A stretch of DNA of 64,000 nt from an uncultured Chloroflexia bacterium (GTDB lineage: Bacteria > Chloroflexota > Dehalococcoidia > DSTF01 > JALHUB01), in assembly GCA_963703345.1 (NCBI GenBank), contig OY969814.1, positions 1,504,001 through 1,568,000 of the forward strand, given 5' to 3'. Shown here in pieces: positions 34,077 to 45,500 of this stretch. The position numbers were made by a program, and so were the translations under genes. A model generated the notes under the pieces. That model was not told the origin of the DNA. It did no database searches and worked only from the letters and a program-made list of their open reading frames with translations. Every line of letters begins with the position of its first letter. Within the stretch, counting starts at the first letter, position 1.

Positions 34077-34214
34077 GCCTCTGAAGCCAGACCGCACATG
34101 AAGCGCCGAAACGCTGCCCCTGAAGCAGTCGCAACATCGCGCGTCGCAGAGCGGTAGGCACGAAAAGACCGCCGCCATGGCGGTCTATCGCTATCAAGGA
34201 GCGGGTTCGAGGAT

Positions 34215-34943
34215 ATGACGCCGGACTTGAAGCTGCTGGAGAAGAAGCTGGGGCTGAAGTTCCGCAATCCGGCCCTCCTGGAGCAGTCTCTAGTACACCG
34301 CTCCTACCTGAACGAGATGCCCGAGTCCGGGCTGGAATCCAATGAGCGCCTGGAGTTCCTCGGCGACGCCGTTCTCGGTCTCGTCGTAGCGAGCGAGCTT
34401 TACGAGGACTACCCCGACCGTTCCGAAGGGCAGCTCACTGAGATGCGCGTTGCCCTGGTCCGTCGCGACACGCTTGCCCGCGTCGCCAGGAGTCTGTCCC
34501 TCGGCGACTACCTCTTTCTTGGACGTGGCGAACGGGCGGCCGGGGGCGGAGCGCGTCCTTCGAACCTGTCTTCGACCTACGAGGCGGTCGTCGGCGCCGT
34601 GTTCATCGACGGCGGCCTCCAGAAAGCGCGCCGCTTCGTCTTGCGCTCCCTCTCCGCCGAGTACCGCGAGCTGCCGAAGGGCCGCGCCCTGGCGAATCCG
34701 AAATCGCAGCTACAGGAGCTGCTTCAGGCGCGCTTCCAGAAAGCGCCCGTCTACAGGCTGGTGCGCGACGAGGGCCCCGACCATTCCAAGCTCTTTACGG
34801 TGCAGGTCTGGGGCGATAAGAAGCCGCTCGGCGTTGGACAGGGGAAGAGCAAGCAACAGGCGGAAAAAGAAGCCGCCCGCGATGCCCTGGAGAAGATGGA
34901 GCGCGAGAACGGCGGCGAGCCCATGACCGGTACCGATAGCTGA
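34215..34943 (+). CDS. rnc: ribonuclease III
   Basis: NERLEFLGDAVL signature; dsRBD NPKSQLQE..GPDH..GKSKQQAE. Confidence 0.97.
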   Translation: MTPDLKLLEKKLGLKFRNPALLEQSLVHRSYLNEMPESGLESNERLEFLGDAVLGLVVASELYEDYPDRSEGQLTEMRVALVRRDTLARVARSLSLGDYLFLGRGERAAGGGARPSNLSSTYEAVVGAVFIDGGLQKARRFVLRSLSAEYRELPKGRALANPKSQLQELLQARFQKAPVYRLVRDEGPDHSKLFTVQVWGDKKPLGVGQGKSKQQAEKEAARDALEKMERENGGEPMTGTDS

Positions 34944-34963
34944 CACTCCCCTGAGATTTGCCT

Positions 34964-37900
34964 ATGTACCTCAAGCGGTTAGAGCTGCGCGGGTTCAAGA
35001 GCTTCGCGGCTCAGACTGTCTTTCAGTTTGGGACCGGCATCACCGGCGTCGTTGGCCCTAACGGCGTCGGCAAGAGCAACGTCGGCGACGCCATTCGCTG
35101 GGTCCTCGGCGAACAGAGCGCCCGCACGCTGCGAGCCCGCCGCCTCGAAGACGTCATCTTCTCCGGCAGCAGCCAGAAATCGGCCGTCGGCATGGCCGAG
35201 GTCAACCTCGTCCTCGACAACAGCGATGGCTGGCTTCCCATCGACTTCCAGGAGGTCGTCGTCGGCCGCCGTGCCTACCGCGACGGGCAGGGCGAGTACC
35301 TCATCAACCGCAACCGCGTCCGCCTGCGCGACGTGAACGACCTCTTCCTCCACTCCGAGCTCGGCCAAGGTACCTACGCCTTCATCGGCCAGGGCCTGGT
35401 CGAGGAGGTGCTCAGCCTGCGACCCGACGAGCGCCGCGGTCTCATCGAAGAGGCCGCCGACGTGCGGCGCTACCGCGTCAAGCTCGACGAAGCACGCGGC
35501 CGCCTCGTTGCCACCCGCGATAACCTCGACCGCGTCAACCTGCTCCTCTCTGAGATATCTCCCAATCTCGCGCGACTGGAGCGGCAGGCCGAGCGCGCCG
35601 ACATGCACGCGCGTCTCAGCCGCGAGCTGGCGCAAGCCCTCCAGGCGTGGTACGGCCACCACTGGCGCGAGGCGCAGGACGCCCTCACCGCCGCCCTCGC
35701 CGGCTGCGACCAGCGTCAGGAGGAGTTCCGCCAGGCCGAGGCCGCGATTCACGACTGCACCGATGGCGGCGAGACGCTGCATGGGGCCATCGAGGAGCGG
35801 CGGCACGCGATCGCTCAGCGATCCGTCGCCGAGCGCGAGCTCGCCGACCAGTTGCGCCGCCTCGAGCACCAGTGCGCGCTCGATGACGAGCGGCAGCGCA
35901 TGCTCGGCGAGCGTCTCCAGGAGATACGATCGGACGTCGAGGCGCTGGCCGCCGAACGGGAGCGACGCCAGCAGGAAGAGACCGGCGCCGGCGAGCGGAG
36001 GCTCCGGCTGGAGCGCGAGGTCGAGGAGCGGCTCGCCGAAGTCATGACGCGGCGTCAGGAGCTGGAAGGCGCCGAGAAAGAGCGTGCCGAACTGCGCCGC
36101 CGCGCCGTCGAAGCGGAAGAGCAGGCGATTCGCGCCCGCAACGTCGTCGCCGAGATAGAAGCGCGACTGGACCGCGTCCGCAAGACGGAGGAGAGCCTTC
36201 GCCAGGAGATCGAAGAGCTGCGCGACCGGCGCAAGGACAATCTTCGCCGTCTCGCCGGCCTGGCGCAGGACTACAAGTCCCACCACGACGACCGTGCCCG
36301 TATCGAAAAGGAGCTTGCCGAAGTGGCGGAAAGCCAGGTCGCGGTCAACGCCGCCATCGCCGAGACGCGACGCAGCCTGGCCCGCGCCGAAGAACGCGTC
36401 CCCGAGCTCCAGGCCGACCTCCAGCGCGCCAAAGCCCGCGTCGACATCCTCGGCCGCGTCCACGCTGAGCGCGAAGGCTTTGACGACGCGACGCGCATGC
36501 TCCTCATCGCCGCCGGCCAGGCCCCCTACGGCGACGACGAAGACACGCCGGAGCCCGGCAGCCTGCAAGGTTACATCGGCGTGCTTGCCGGCCTCATTCG
36601 CGTGCCGCCCGGCCTGGAGAAGGCCATCGAGGCCGCCCTCGCCGACAGCCTCCAATCGATTGTCCTCGCCTCTCACTCCGACGTACTGGCCGCCGTGCAG
36701 CTCCTCATGGAGTACCCGCGCGGTCGCGTCACCCTCTATGCCGCCGACAACCTGACGCCCTCGCGACCGCTCGTCCTCATGCACGAAAAGGGCATCGTCG
36801 GCGTCGCCTCCGACCTCGTGACCTGCGACGCCCGCTTCAAGCCGCTTATCGAGACGCTCCTCGGCCGGACGATCATCGTCGAGAATCTCGTCATCGGATT
36901 GCGCGTCCTCAAGCGCGGCATGGGGAACGTCGCCACGCTCGACGGCGAGCTCCTGCGGGCCACCGGCGCCGTCACCAGCGGCAGCTCCCGCACGATGGGC
37001 GCCCTCGTCGCCCGCGAGAGCGAGCTGCGACGCCTGCCCGCGCAGATGTCCGACATCGAGGTGGCGGTCAGGGAGCAGCAGGCGGAGATCGACAGCTACC
37101 GCCGCGCCCTCCGCGACTACGACGCCGCTCTCGGCGCGCATGCCGTGAAGCAGCAGCGGCTCTGGCAGGAGCGGGCGACCACCGAACAGTCGCTCGTCGA
37201 GCACCGCGGCCACCTGGCGCTCCTGGCCGGCCAGATGCGCGAGCTGCGCCACCAGGAGACGCGCGTCGCCCAGACAGCGAAACAGGTCACTGGGGAGCGT
37301 GAAAGCCTGGAGCACGAACGCGACTCGCTGACCGGCGAGGCCGCCGCAGCTACAGAAGTGGCGGAGCGCGACACGCAGGTCATCGCCGCCGTCGCGGAGC
37401 GGCTGCCGGAGCTCACCGACGCCCTCACCCAGGCCAGCAGCGCCCTCGCCGCCGTCGAAGGCGAACGGCAGGCGCTTGGTCTGCGCCGCGAAGAGCAGGA
37501 GACCGCCCTGGCCCGCATCGACGCTCAGACGGCCCGCAAGCGCGGCCAGCTTGTCGAGGTCGAGAAGCAGATGGCCGCCGCCTCGGAGCGCCTCCAGCAG
37601 GCGCAGGCGTCCCTGGAAGAGAAGCGACGGCGCTGGGGAGAGCTCACCGGCGTCCAGCAGCCCGACGAAGAAGAGCTCGTTCGGCTGGAATCGCGCGAAA
37701 AGGGCCTGCGCGGCGAGATGGAGGTCGCCCTGGCCCGCCGTCGCGACGCGGAGATTGGCCTCCTCGAAGCGCAGCAGGCGGTCAAGCAACGCACCGACGA
37801 GCTCGAAGCCCTGCGCGAAGGCATGGAGGCGGAAGGCCTGACTGCCACCGAAACCGGCGACGTCGTGCCCGTCTCAAGCCCATCGCAGGGGCTACCAGAA

Positions 37901-38644
37901 TGGCTCGCCGGCAACCACGCGTCCTTCGGCGAACCGGAGGACCGCCTGCCGCCGATCCGCGGTGGCTCGACCATCGACCCCGTCGCCCTCAAAGAGCAGA
38001 TAAGCCACCTGCGCGCCCGCATCCGCTCGCTCGGCCCCGTCGATGCCCAGGCGCCCGCCGACTACGCCGAGAGCCGCCAGCGCTATGACTTCCTCAGCGG
38101 CCAGGTCGCCGACCTCGGCCAGGCGGAGACGCTGCTGCAGGAGGCGATAGCGGAGCTGGAGGAGAAGATCAAGGAGCGCTTCAGCGACGCCTTCCGGAAG
38201 GTCGACGAGGAGTTCCAGCGTTACTTCAGCACCTTCTTCGGCGGCGGCACCGCGCGCCTCGTGCAGACGCAGCCGAAAGAAGACGACGAAGAGCCAGGCA
38301 TCGAAGTGATGGCGCAGCCGCCGGGAAAGCGCGTCGCCAGCCTGTCGATGCTCTCCGGTGGCGAGCGGGCGCTGACGGCCGTATCGCTGCTCTTCGCCCT
38401 CTTGCAGACGCGTCCTTCCCCCTTCTGCGTCCTCGACGAAGTCGACGCTATGCTCGACGAGTCGAACGTCGGGCGATTCGCCGAGGCCGTGAAGAAGCTG
38501 GCCGAAGCGACGCAGTTTATAATCATCACGCATAACCGGCGCACCATCGAGATGGCGGACCACATCTACGGCGTCGCTATGTCGAAGGACATGACGTCGT
38601 CCATCCTCTCCCTCCGCCTCAGCGACCTCGCCCCGAGCACCTGA
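34964..38644 (+). CDS. smc: chromosome segregation protein SMC
   Basis: GFKSF, GPNGVGKSN, coiled coils, hinge, LSGGE, LDEVDAMLD. Confidence 0.96.
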   Translation: MYLKRLELRGFKSFAAQTVFQFGTGITGVVGPNGVGKSNVGDAIRWVLGEQSARTLRARRLEDVIFSGSSQKSAVGMAEVNLVLDNSDGWLPIDFQEVVVGRRAYRDGQGEYLINRNRVRLRDVNDLFLHSELGQGTYAFIGQGLVEEVLSLRPDERRGLIEEAADVRRYRVKLDEARGRLVATRDNLDRVNLLLSEISPNLARLERQAERADMHARLSRELAQALQAWYGHHWREAQDALTAALAGCDQRQEEFRQAEAAIHDCTDGGETLHGAIEERRHAIAQRSVAERELADQLRRLEHQCALDDERQRMLGERLQEIRSDVEALAAERERRQQEETGAGERRLRLEREVEERLAEVMTRRQELEGAEKERAELRRRAVEAEEQAIRARNVVAEIEARLDRVRKTEESLRQEIEELRDRRKDNLRRLAGLAQDYKSHHDDRARIEKELAEVAESQVAVNAAIAETRRSLARAEERVPELQADLQRAKARVDILGRVHAEREGFDDATRMLLIAAGQAPYGDDEDTPEPGSLQGYIGVLAGLIRVPPGLEKAIEAALADSLQSIVLASHSDVLAAVQLLMEYPRGRVTLYAADNLTPSRPLVLMHEKGIVGVASDLVTCDARFKPLIETLLGRTIIVENLVIGLRVLKRGMGNVATLDGELLRATGAVTSGSSRTMGALVARESELRRLPAQMSDIEVAVREQQAEIDSYRRALRDYDAALGAHAVKQQRLWQERATTEQSLVEHRGHLALLAGQMRELRHQETRVAQTAKQVTGERESLEHERDSLTGEAAAATEVAERDTQVIAAVAERLPELTDALTQASSALAAVEGERQALGLRREEQETALARIDAQTARKRGQLVEVEKQMAAASERLQQAQASLEEKRRRWGELTGVQQPDEEELVRLESREKGLRGEMEVALARRRDAEIGLLEAQQAVKQRTDELEALREGMEAEGLTATETGDVVPVSSPSQGLPEWLAGNHASFGEPEDRLPPIRGGSTIDPVALKEQISHLRARIRSLGPVDAQAPADYAESRQRYDFLSGQVADLGQAETLLQEAIAELEEKIKERFSDAFRKVDEEFQRYFSTFFGGGTARLVQTQPKEDDEEPGIEVMAQPPGKRVASLSMLSGGERALTAVSLLFALLQTRPSPFCVLDEVDAMLDESNVGRFAEAVKKLAEATQFIIITHNRRTIEMADHIYGVAMSKDMTSSILSLRLSDLAPST

Positions 38645-38664
38645 GCGCCCTATTGCACGACGAC

Positions 38665-38688
38665 GTAGGGGAGGACTTTAGTCCTCCC
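38665..38688 (+). repeat. GTAG-type REP
   Basis: gtag-gggaggact-tt-agtcctccc. Confidence 0.75.
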
Positions 38689-39086
38689 GCGGGTGGGGGC
38701 GAACCGCTTCACTGCCCCTGGCGACGACATCCCTCTGATCTCGATGAGTGATCGCTGGGAGTGCAGGGGTGCCTAGGGCACCTTTCCCGGCCGAAGGTCC
38801 GCCTCCGGAGGAGGTTGCAGGGGTGTCCCCTGCCTTCCGAAGAACCCATCTAGGGCGGGTGGGTGGGAAGAGAAACGCAAATGTTTCGAGAATACGCCCA
38901 ACGCCGCTGCGAGCTCCAACCCGCCGAAACGACTCGTGCCCTACCCCAAGGGACAGGAGCGCAACGCATTTCGGTGGCGGGCGGTGACCCTCCGGAACCG
39001 CCGAAAGCGCTTGGCAAGTTGACCCCCCTGATCGCCCGATGCTATGATCTCAGCACATCGCGTCAGCGAAAGGAGATACCGGGTCC

Positions 39087-40049
39087 TTGCGTCTATTCCG
39101 CAAAACAAAGAGCGAAGAGGAAGACGTCAAGAAGACCGAACAGGCCCTGGAAAGGACTCGCAAGACCTGGTTCAGCCATCTCACCTCGCTCTTCGAGCGC
39201 TCCCGGATCGATGACTCCCTCTGGGAAGAGCTCGAGGAGCTTCTGATTGGCGCCGACGCCGGCGTCGCCACCGCCCAGAAAGTCCTCGAAGACGTCCAGC
39301 AGCGCGTCGACAAGGAAGGACTGAAAGACCCGGCCGAGGTCCGCGACGCCCTCAAAGACGAGCTCGTCGCCATCCTCAAGACCGCCCAGCCCAGGGGCGC
39401 CCTCTGGCGCAACGGCGGCCACGCCGAAGCTGCCCCCAGGCCCGCAGTCATCCTCGTCGTCGGCGTCAACGGCACCGGCAAGACCACCAGCATCGGCAAG
39501 CTTGCCTATGCCCTGCGACAGGAGGGCCTGCAGGTAACCATCGCCGCCGCCGACACCTTCCGCGCCGCCGCCATCGAGCAGATGCGCGAATGGGGCGACC
39601 GCGTGGGCGCCGAAGTCATCGCCCACAAGCAGGGCGCGGACCCGGGCGCCGTCGTATTCGACGCCTTATCCGCTGCCGAGAGCCGCGGCGCCGACGTCGT
39701 CATCGTCGACACCGCCGGCCGGCTTCACACCAAGTTCAACCTGATGGAGGAGCTGCGAAAGATCCTCCGCGTCATCCAGCGCAAGGACGCCAGCGCGCCG
39801 CACGAGGTGCTGCTCGTCCTCGATGCGACGACCGGCCAGAACGCCCTTACGCAGGCCAGGGCCTTCGCCGAGGCGGTAGACGTCACGGCCATCTGCCTCG
39901 CGAAGCTCGACGGCACGTCGAAGGGCGGCATGGTATTCGCTATTTCCGACCAGCTCGGCGTGCCCGTCCGCTTCATCGGCAGCGGCGAGGGCCCCGAGGA
40001 TCTGGGAGAATTTTCCCCTGAGGAGTTCGTTGAAGCGCTGTTTGAGTAG
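39087..40049 (+). CDS. ftsY: SRP receptor FtsY
   Basis: [31 protein letters not shown]; AAGGAG RBS; promoter TTGACC-18nt-TATGAT at 39019-39048. Confidence 0.96.
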   Translation: MRLFRKTKSEEEDVKKTEQALERTRKTWFSHLTSLFERSRIDDSLWEELEELLIGADAGVATAQKVLEDVQQRVDKEGLKDPAEVRDALKDELVAILKTAQPRGALWRNGGHAEAAPRPAVILVVGVNGTGKTTSIGKLAYALRQEGLQVTIAAADTFRAAAIEQMREWGDRVGAEVIAHKQGADPGAVVFDALSAAESRGADVVIVDTAGRLHTKFNLMEELRKILRVIQRKDASAPHEVLLVLDATTGQNALTQARAFAEAVDVTAICLAKLDGTSKGGMVFAISDQLGVPVRFIGSGEGPEDLGEFSPEEFVEALFE

Positions 40050-40135
40050 CGGAAACGGCTCCAGCTTTCCCTCAAGGACGAGGCCCGTAGGGAGCCACGC
40101 GCGCGTTCGCGGCAGCGACGCCGAGGGGTTACGAC

Positions 40136-42520
40136 ATGCCTGAGACGCTGTTCTGGTGGCTGGCCGTTGAGGCCATGGGCTTGGTAGCCTTCCCTCTCGT
40201 CTATGCGCTCTTCCCGCGTTTCCCTGACCGCGGTTACGCCTTCGCCAAGCCCTTCGGACTGCTCACCGTCGGCTTCGTCTTCTGGATATTCGGCTCCGCC
40301 TCTGTCCTGACGAACAACGCCGGCGGGATCGTCTGGGTCGTCCTGATGGTCGGCGCGGCCTCCGGTTACTTCGCCTGGCGTCGTCGCGACGAGATGCTCG
40401 CCTTCCTGCGCGAGAAGTGGTCGCTCATCCTCGTCATAGAAGGGCTCTTCCTCCTCGCCTTCATCGTCGCCGCCTATCTGCGCTCGTTCACGCCCGACAT
40501 CAGCGGCACCGAGAAGCCGATGGACTTCGCCTTCCTCAACGCTTCGACGATCAGCCAGCACTTCGCGCCCAACGACCCGTGGCTCTCCGGCCACACCATC
40601 AGCTACTACTACGGCGGCTATTTCCTCGTAGCGATGACCGGCAAGCTCGCCGGTGTGAGCACCGGCGTCGGCTATAACCTGGGCCTGGCGATGATCGCCG
40701 CCCTCGCCGTCGTCGGCGCCTTCGGCCTCGTCTACAACCTGGTTACCCTGCACGAAGAGACTGCCGCGAAGCGGGCGAAGCTCCTCGGCTGGCCGCTTGC
40801 CTTCGGGCTCGTCGCTGCCCTCTTGCTGACGGTCGTCGCCAACCTGGAGGGCCTCCTCGAGTTCCTCGCGGCCCATGGCTTCGGCGGAGCCGGCTTCTGG
40901 AACTGGGTCGACATCAAGGGGCTCACCAGCGTCGGCAACACCACGAATACCTGGTATCCCACCTCGAACTGGTGGTGGTGGAAAGCCGCCCGCATCGTCT
41001 CGCCGACCGCGCCGGAGACGATTACGGAGTTCCCCTTCTTCAGCTTCCTCCTCGGTGACCTGCACCCGCACGTCATGGCCATACCCTTCGACCTGCTCGG
41101 GATCGCCGCCGCCGTCCGCTTGCTGCAGGAAGATGAGACGCTCGACCTCTCGTTCTGGACGCGACACCAGATGGTCCTGGTGGCGCTGGCCGTGCTGGTC
41201 GGCGGGCTCTCCTTCCTCAATACCTGGGACCTGCCGACTTTCTTCTTCCTTCTGCTCTCTGCCGCCTTCCTGCGCAACTACCTCGCCCTCAAGCGATGGG
41301 ACTGGAAGCTCCTGAAGCAAACGCTCGGGTTCGCCGTGCCGCTGGGGATCGCTTCCGTCGTTGCCTATGTCCCCTATCACAAGCTGTTCATCCCCGCTTT
41401 CGGCTTCGCCAGCCAGGCGAACGGCATCGCGCCTGTCGAAGGCAACGGTACCATGCCGTTCCACGCCTTCATCTTCTGGGGCCCGTTCGCCGTGCTGATG
41501 CTGCCCTTTGCCGCCCAACGACTCGTCGCTTCCCTGAAAGAGCGTCGCTGGCAGCGCAACGAGTGGCTGGCCGCCGTTCCCGGGCTCGCCGTCGTTGGAT
41601 TCTGGTTCCTGTGGGTGCTGGCGCGCGGTCACCTGGGTAACGCCGTGCCCGCGAGGGGCAGCGCCTGGCTCACCGCCCTCATCCTCATCGCGCTGTTGAC
41701 GCTGCTCATCGCCACGCTCCGCCGCGAGGCCGAGTCCTACGCCGCGGCAAAGGGCTCGCTACCGGTCATTGTCGCCCTTCTAGCCGGCGCTCTGGCGGCC
41801 TTGCTGGTCCTTGGCGCCGAGTTCTACTTCATCCGCGACGTCTTCAACAACCGCATGAACACGGTGTTCAAGCTCTACTACCAGGCGTGGCTGTTCCTGG
41901 CCATCGGTGGCGGCTTCGCCTTCTACTACATGGTGCGATACTGGCTGCCGACGAAGACGATCTCCGGCGGCTGGCGCTACACCTGGGCCGGCGCCGTGGC
42001 CGTCATCCTGGCAGCCGCCCTCGCCTACCCGGTCGGCGCTACCTACGCTCGCACCGAGGACTTCGGTGCCAAGCGCAGCCTCGACGGCCTCGCCTTCGCC
42101 AAGCAGAGCTCCGCTGGCGACTACTCCCTTGCCCAGTGGCTCCTACAGAACGCCAAACCCGCAGACGTCATCGTGGAGATGGTCGGCAATCAGTCCATCG
42201 GCTACGAGTGGGGATCGACAGGTCGCATCTCCTCCTGGACCGGCCTGTCGACCGTTTTCGCCTGGCCGGGGCACGAGCAGCAGTGGCGCGGCGGCGACGC
42301 CCTCACGAAGGGTCGCCTGGAAGACGTCGATAACCTCTACAAGACGGAAGACACGAACCAGGTGCAGCAGATCATCGCCAAGTATGGCATCAACTACATA
42401 ATCGTCGGCTCTCTCGAGCGACAGGCCTATTCGGCGGCGGCGCTTGAGAAGTTCGACGGCATGTATCCGGTCGCAATCAAGTCCGGCGACAACGTAATCT
42501 ATAAGGTCGGGGGGAAATAG
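40136..42520 (+). CDS. DUF2298 / Chlor_Arch_YYY membrane protein (probable GT-C fold)
   Basis: EKPMDFAFLN, PNDPWLSG..ISYYYGG, ITEFPFFSFLLGDLHPH, RMNTVFKLYYQAW, HEQQWRG. Confidence 0.85.
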   Translation: MPETLFWWLAVEAMGLVAFPLVYALFPRFPDRGYAFAKPFGLLTVGFVFWIFGSASVLTNNAGGIVWVVLMVGAASGYFAWRRRDEMLAFLREKWSLILVIEGLFLLAFIVAAYLRSFTPDISGTEKPMDFAFLNASTISQHFAPNDPWLSGHTISYYYGGYFLVAMTGKLAGVSTGVGYNLGLAMIAALAVVGAFGLVYNLVTLHEETAAKRAKLLGWPLAFGLVAALLLTVVANLEGLLEFLAAHGFGGAGFWNWVDIKGLTSVGNTTNTWYPTSNWWWWKAARIVSPTAPETITEFPFFSFLLGDLHPHVMAIPFDLLGIAAAVRLLQEDETLDLSFWTRHQMVLVALAVLVGGLSFLNTWDLPTFFFLLLSAAFLRNYLALKRWDWKLLKQTLGFAVPLGIASVVAYVPYHKLFIPAFGFASQANGIAPVEGNGTMPFHAFIFWGPFAVLMLPFAAQRLVASLKERRWQRNEWLAAVPGLAVVGFWFLWVLARGHLGNAVPARGSAWLTALILIALLTLLIATLRREAESYAAAKGSLPVIVALLAGALAALLVLGAEFYFIRDVFNNRMNTVFKLYYQAWLFLAIGGGFAFYYMVRYWLPTKTISGGWRYTWAGAVAVILAAALAYPVGATYARTEDFGAKRSLDGLAFAKQSSAGDYSLAQWLLQNAKPADVIVEMVGNQSIGYEWGSTGRISSWTGLSTVFAWPGHEQQWRGGDALTKGRLEDVDNLYKTEDTNQVQQIIAKYGINYIIVGSLERQAYSAAALEKFDGMYPVAIKSGDNVIYKVGGK

Positions 42521-42596
42521 TGGCGAAGAGCGGCGACAGGGTGGAGCAAGCACGCCGTTCCCCGTATACTGCTCGTTAAGGAGTTCATAGGCGCTC

Positions 42597-45500
42597 ATGG
42601 CTGTATCTGACGAACCCAAGAAACCCGCCGTCTCCGTCAAGCTCTCGTCCGCTCAGGCGATCGCCTGGCTGAAGGCGAACTGGCCGCGCTACTGGGAGAT
42701 CGCCCTTTTCGCCGCCATAGTCGCCGTTGCCGCCGGGCTGCGCCTCTGGGACCTCGGCGCCCGCTCCTTCAACCACGACGAGAGCCTGCATGCCACCTAT
42801 AGCTGGTATCTCTTCAACGGCCAGGGCTACCAGCACGATCCCATGATGCACGGACCGTTTCAGTTCCACTTCAACGCCGTCTTGTGGAAGACCCTAGGCA
42901 TCATCAGCGCCGCGCCGCTTTTGAACAACTGGGTGAGCTGGGGCGTCAACGACTTCACCGCCCGCCTGCAGTACGCGATGTTCGGGACGGCGCTGGTCGC
43001 GCTGCCGTTCTTCTTCCGAAGCTATATCGGACGCTTAGGCGCCTTCCTCGCCGCCCTCTTCCTGACCTTCTCGCCCGTCTTGCTCTACTTCAGCCGCTTC
43101 GCCCGCAACGACATCATCATCGCCTTTTTCACGCTGGGAATCGTTATCTGCATCTGGCGCTACATGAGCGAGCGCCGCCCTCGCTATCTCTACCTCATCG
43201 CGGCTCTTCTGGCGCTGAGCTTTGCAACGAAGGAAACCACCTTCCTCACCGCAGCGATCCTGCTGCTCTTCCTTGACGTGTTCGTCGCTTGGGAGCTCGC
43301 GTCGGGAATGCGAGATCGCGCTGAGTCGACCGCCGCCGCCGTCGCTGAGCCGTCTCCCGATAAGGCGGCAACGACGCGGCGCGCCCGGCGAAAAGAGGTG
43401 GCGGCCGCACCGGCGAAAGCTGCGCCTCAGCCTCTGCACTGGGCACTCGTGTTCCTTCTGTTCGTCCCGTTTGCCTGGTTCATCGCCGCCGCCTGGCCTT
43501 TGATCGGCAAATGGCGCGCCCGCTGGGGTCTCGAGAAGCTGCCGCTCTCCGCCGACCTCTTGCTGATCGTCGGAACGCTGGCCGGTGTGCAGTTCGCGGC
43601 CGGCGTGCAGCTAATCCCGTTCGTCGGCGGCAAGGATGCCTACTACAAAGATCCGGGCGTCAACGAAGAGACGCTCATGAAGGTTGCCGTCTTCTCATTT
43701 CTCGTCGTCTCCGCCTACATAGGCTTTCTCTGGCGGCCGCGAACCTGGTTGATCTGCGCAAGTATCTTCTACGCTATCTTCGTGTTGCTCTACACGACCT
43801 TTTTCAGCAACATCGGTGGGCTCACTTTTGCAAAGGACGCCAGCGGATTCTGGCAAGGCGCGTTGGGAACCCTTGCTCTCTTGGCCTTCGTTGGACCCTC
43901 GCTGCTCCTGCTTTTTTCGCCTAATTCCCCTGAGGGATCACCGCACAAGTCAATTGAACGACAGTTGACATTGGCTGCCGGGATCGGATTCGCCGTGTTC
44001 GTTGTCGTTTTCCTGTTCGTCCTCGTCGACAATGGCTTCTGGTCCGGAATGTGGGGCTCGTTCGACTACTGGCTCAAGCAGCAGGGCGTCCAGCGCGGCA
44101 GCCAGCCGGTCTACTACTACATGATGATCCTGCCGATGTACGAGTTCCTGCCGCTGGTCCTGGCTATCATCGGCGCCGGCTGGTTCCTCTTGCGCCGGCA
44201 GTTCCTGCTGTCGCTTTCCGCCGTCGTCGGCGTCTGCATCCTGATATTCCTCTACTTCTGGGTCGGCGCCTCGCTGCCCACGCTGATCCCTATTCTCGTC
44301 ATCTTGGGCGCCGCCCTCTTCGCCTTCCGGATGGACCTGTTCACGACGTTCCTCATTTTCTGGGCCGGCGCCTCGCTCATCGCCTACGCCACCGCCGGCG
44401 AGAAGATGCCCTGGCTGACGGTTAACCTGACGCTGCCGCTAATCATCATCGCCGCCAAGTTCCTGAATACCCTCTTTGAGCGCTTCCGCATCCGCCTGCC
44501 CTTCGACTGGCGCAGCCCGGAGATACTCGTGCTCCTGGTGGCGGCCTGCGGCGCCCTGTCGATGATCATCCTTTGGCTGACCGCTTTCTCTGCGACCGGC
44601 GCCGTGCTGGCCGTGCTGCTTGGTGTGGTTGCCGCTGGTCTCATCGCCCGCGCCGTCATGCTCAGGGGAACGCTTCTCGGCGCACAGGCGGCGGTTGCCC
44701 TCCTTGTTCCGGCGTTGTTCATAATCACCGTTCGCGACTCATTCCGCGCCAACTTCCAGATCGGTGACTGGCCGCGGGAGATCCTCTCCTACGCCGACAC
44801 GTCGCCTGACCTGCCCATGGTGCGTGACCGGATCGTCGCCGCCGGCATCCAGAGCGGCCTTGGCAACGACTACCCAGTGTCCGCCGACAACGAAATCGCC
44901 TGGCCGATGGTCTGGTACTTCCGCAACTTCAACAAGGTTACGTGGAGCAGCGGAAGCATGACACCACCCATCTCGGGCAGCATCGTCCTCCTGAAGATAG
45001 ACCACCAGAGCTGGATGGACCCCTACCTCGACGACTACGACCCGCCGATTTCTATACGCCACCTGTGGTGGTTCGGCGACGGCCCGCAGTATTACGAGGG
45101 CATAAACGCCGGCGGCTTCGTCAAGGACCTCTTCGACACAAGCGTCTGGAACGTCTGGCGGAACTACTTCGTCTGGCGGCAAACGCCCTGGGCCCCGCCG
45201 CCCGACGACGCCCTGCTCTACATCCCGAAGTCGCTTGCCACCGGCACCAGCGCGCCGGTGAAAGGGGTGACGATACCTACCGTGACGGTCCCTCCCGCCA
45301 GTCAGCTTGTGATCGGCAGCCAGGGCTCCGGCAACGGCCAACTCGATGAGCCGACGGACGTGAGCGTCGACCAGGCGGGCAACATTTACGTTTCTGAGGG
45401 GCGCAACAACCGCATCCAGCTCTTTGACAAGGACGGAAAGTCGCTGCGCACGTTCCAGCCCAGCGGCGACGCCGCGCTCAACGAGCCATGGTCGGTCGCG

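Noticed and set aside
34979-37789. 936-aa minus-strand ORF and similar long antisense ORFs (1173-2948, 19698-21362, 39725-41632, 47885-49396, 51876-53519)
   Set aside because: Shadow frames opposite well-identified high-GC genes; no motifs or RBS.
34964-38644. SMC as a Wadjet/Lamassu defence ATPase
   Set aside because: Canonical hinge-containing SMC in the rnc-smc-ftsY housekeeping context.
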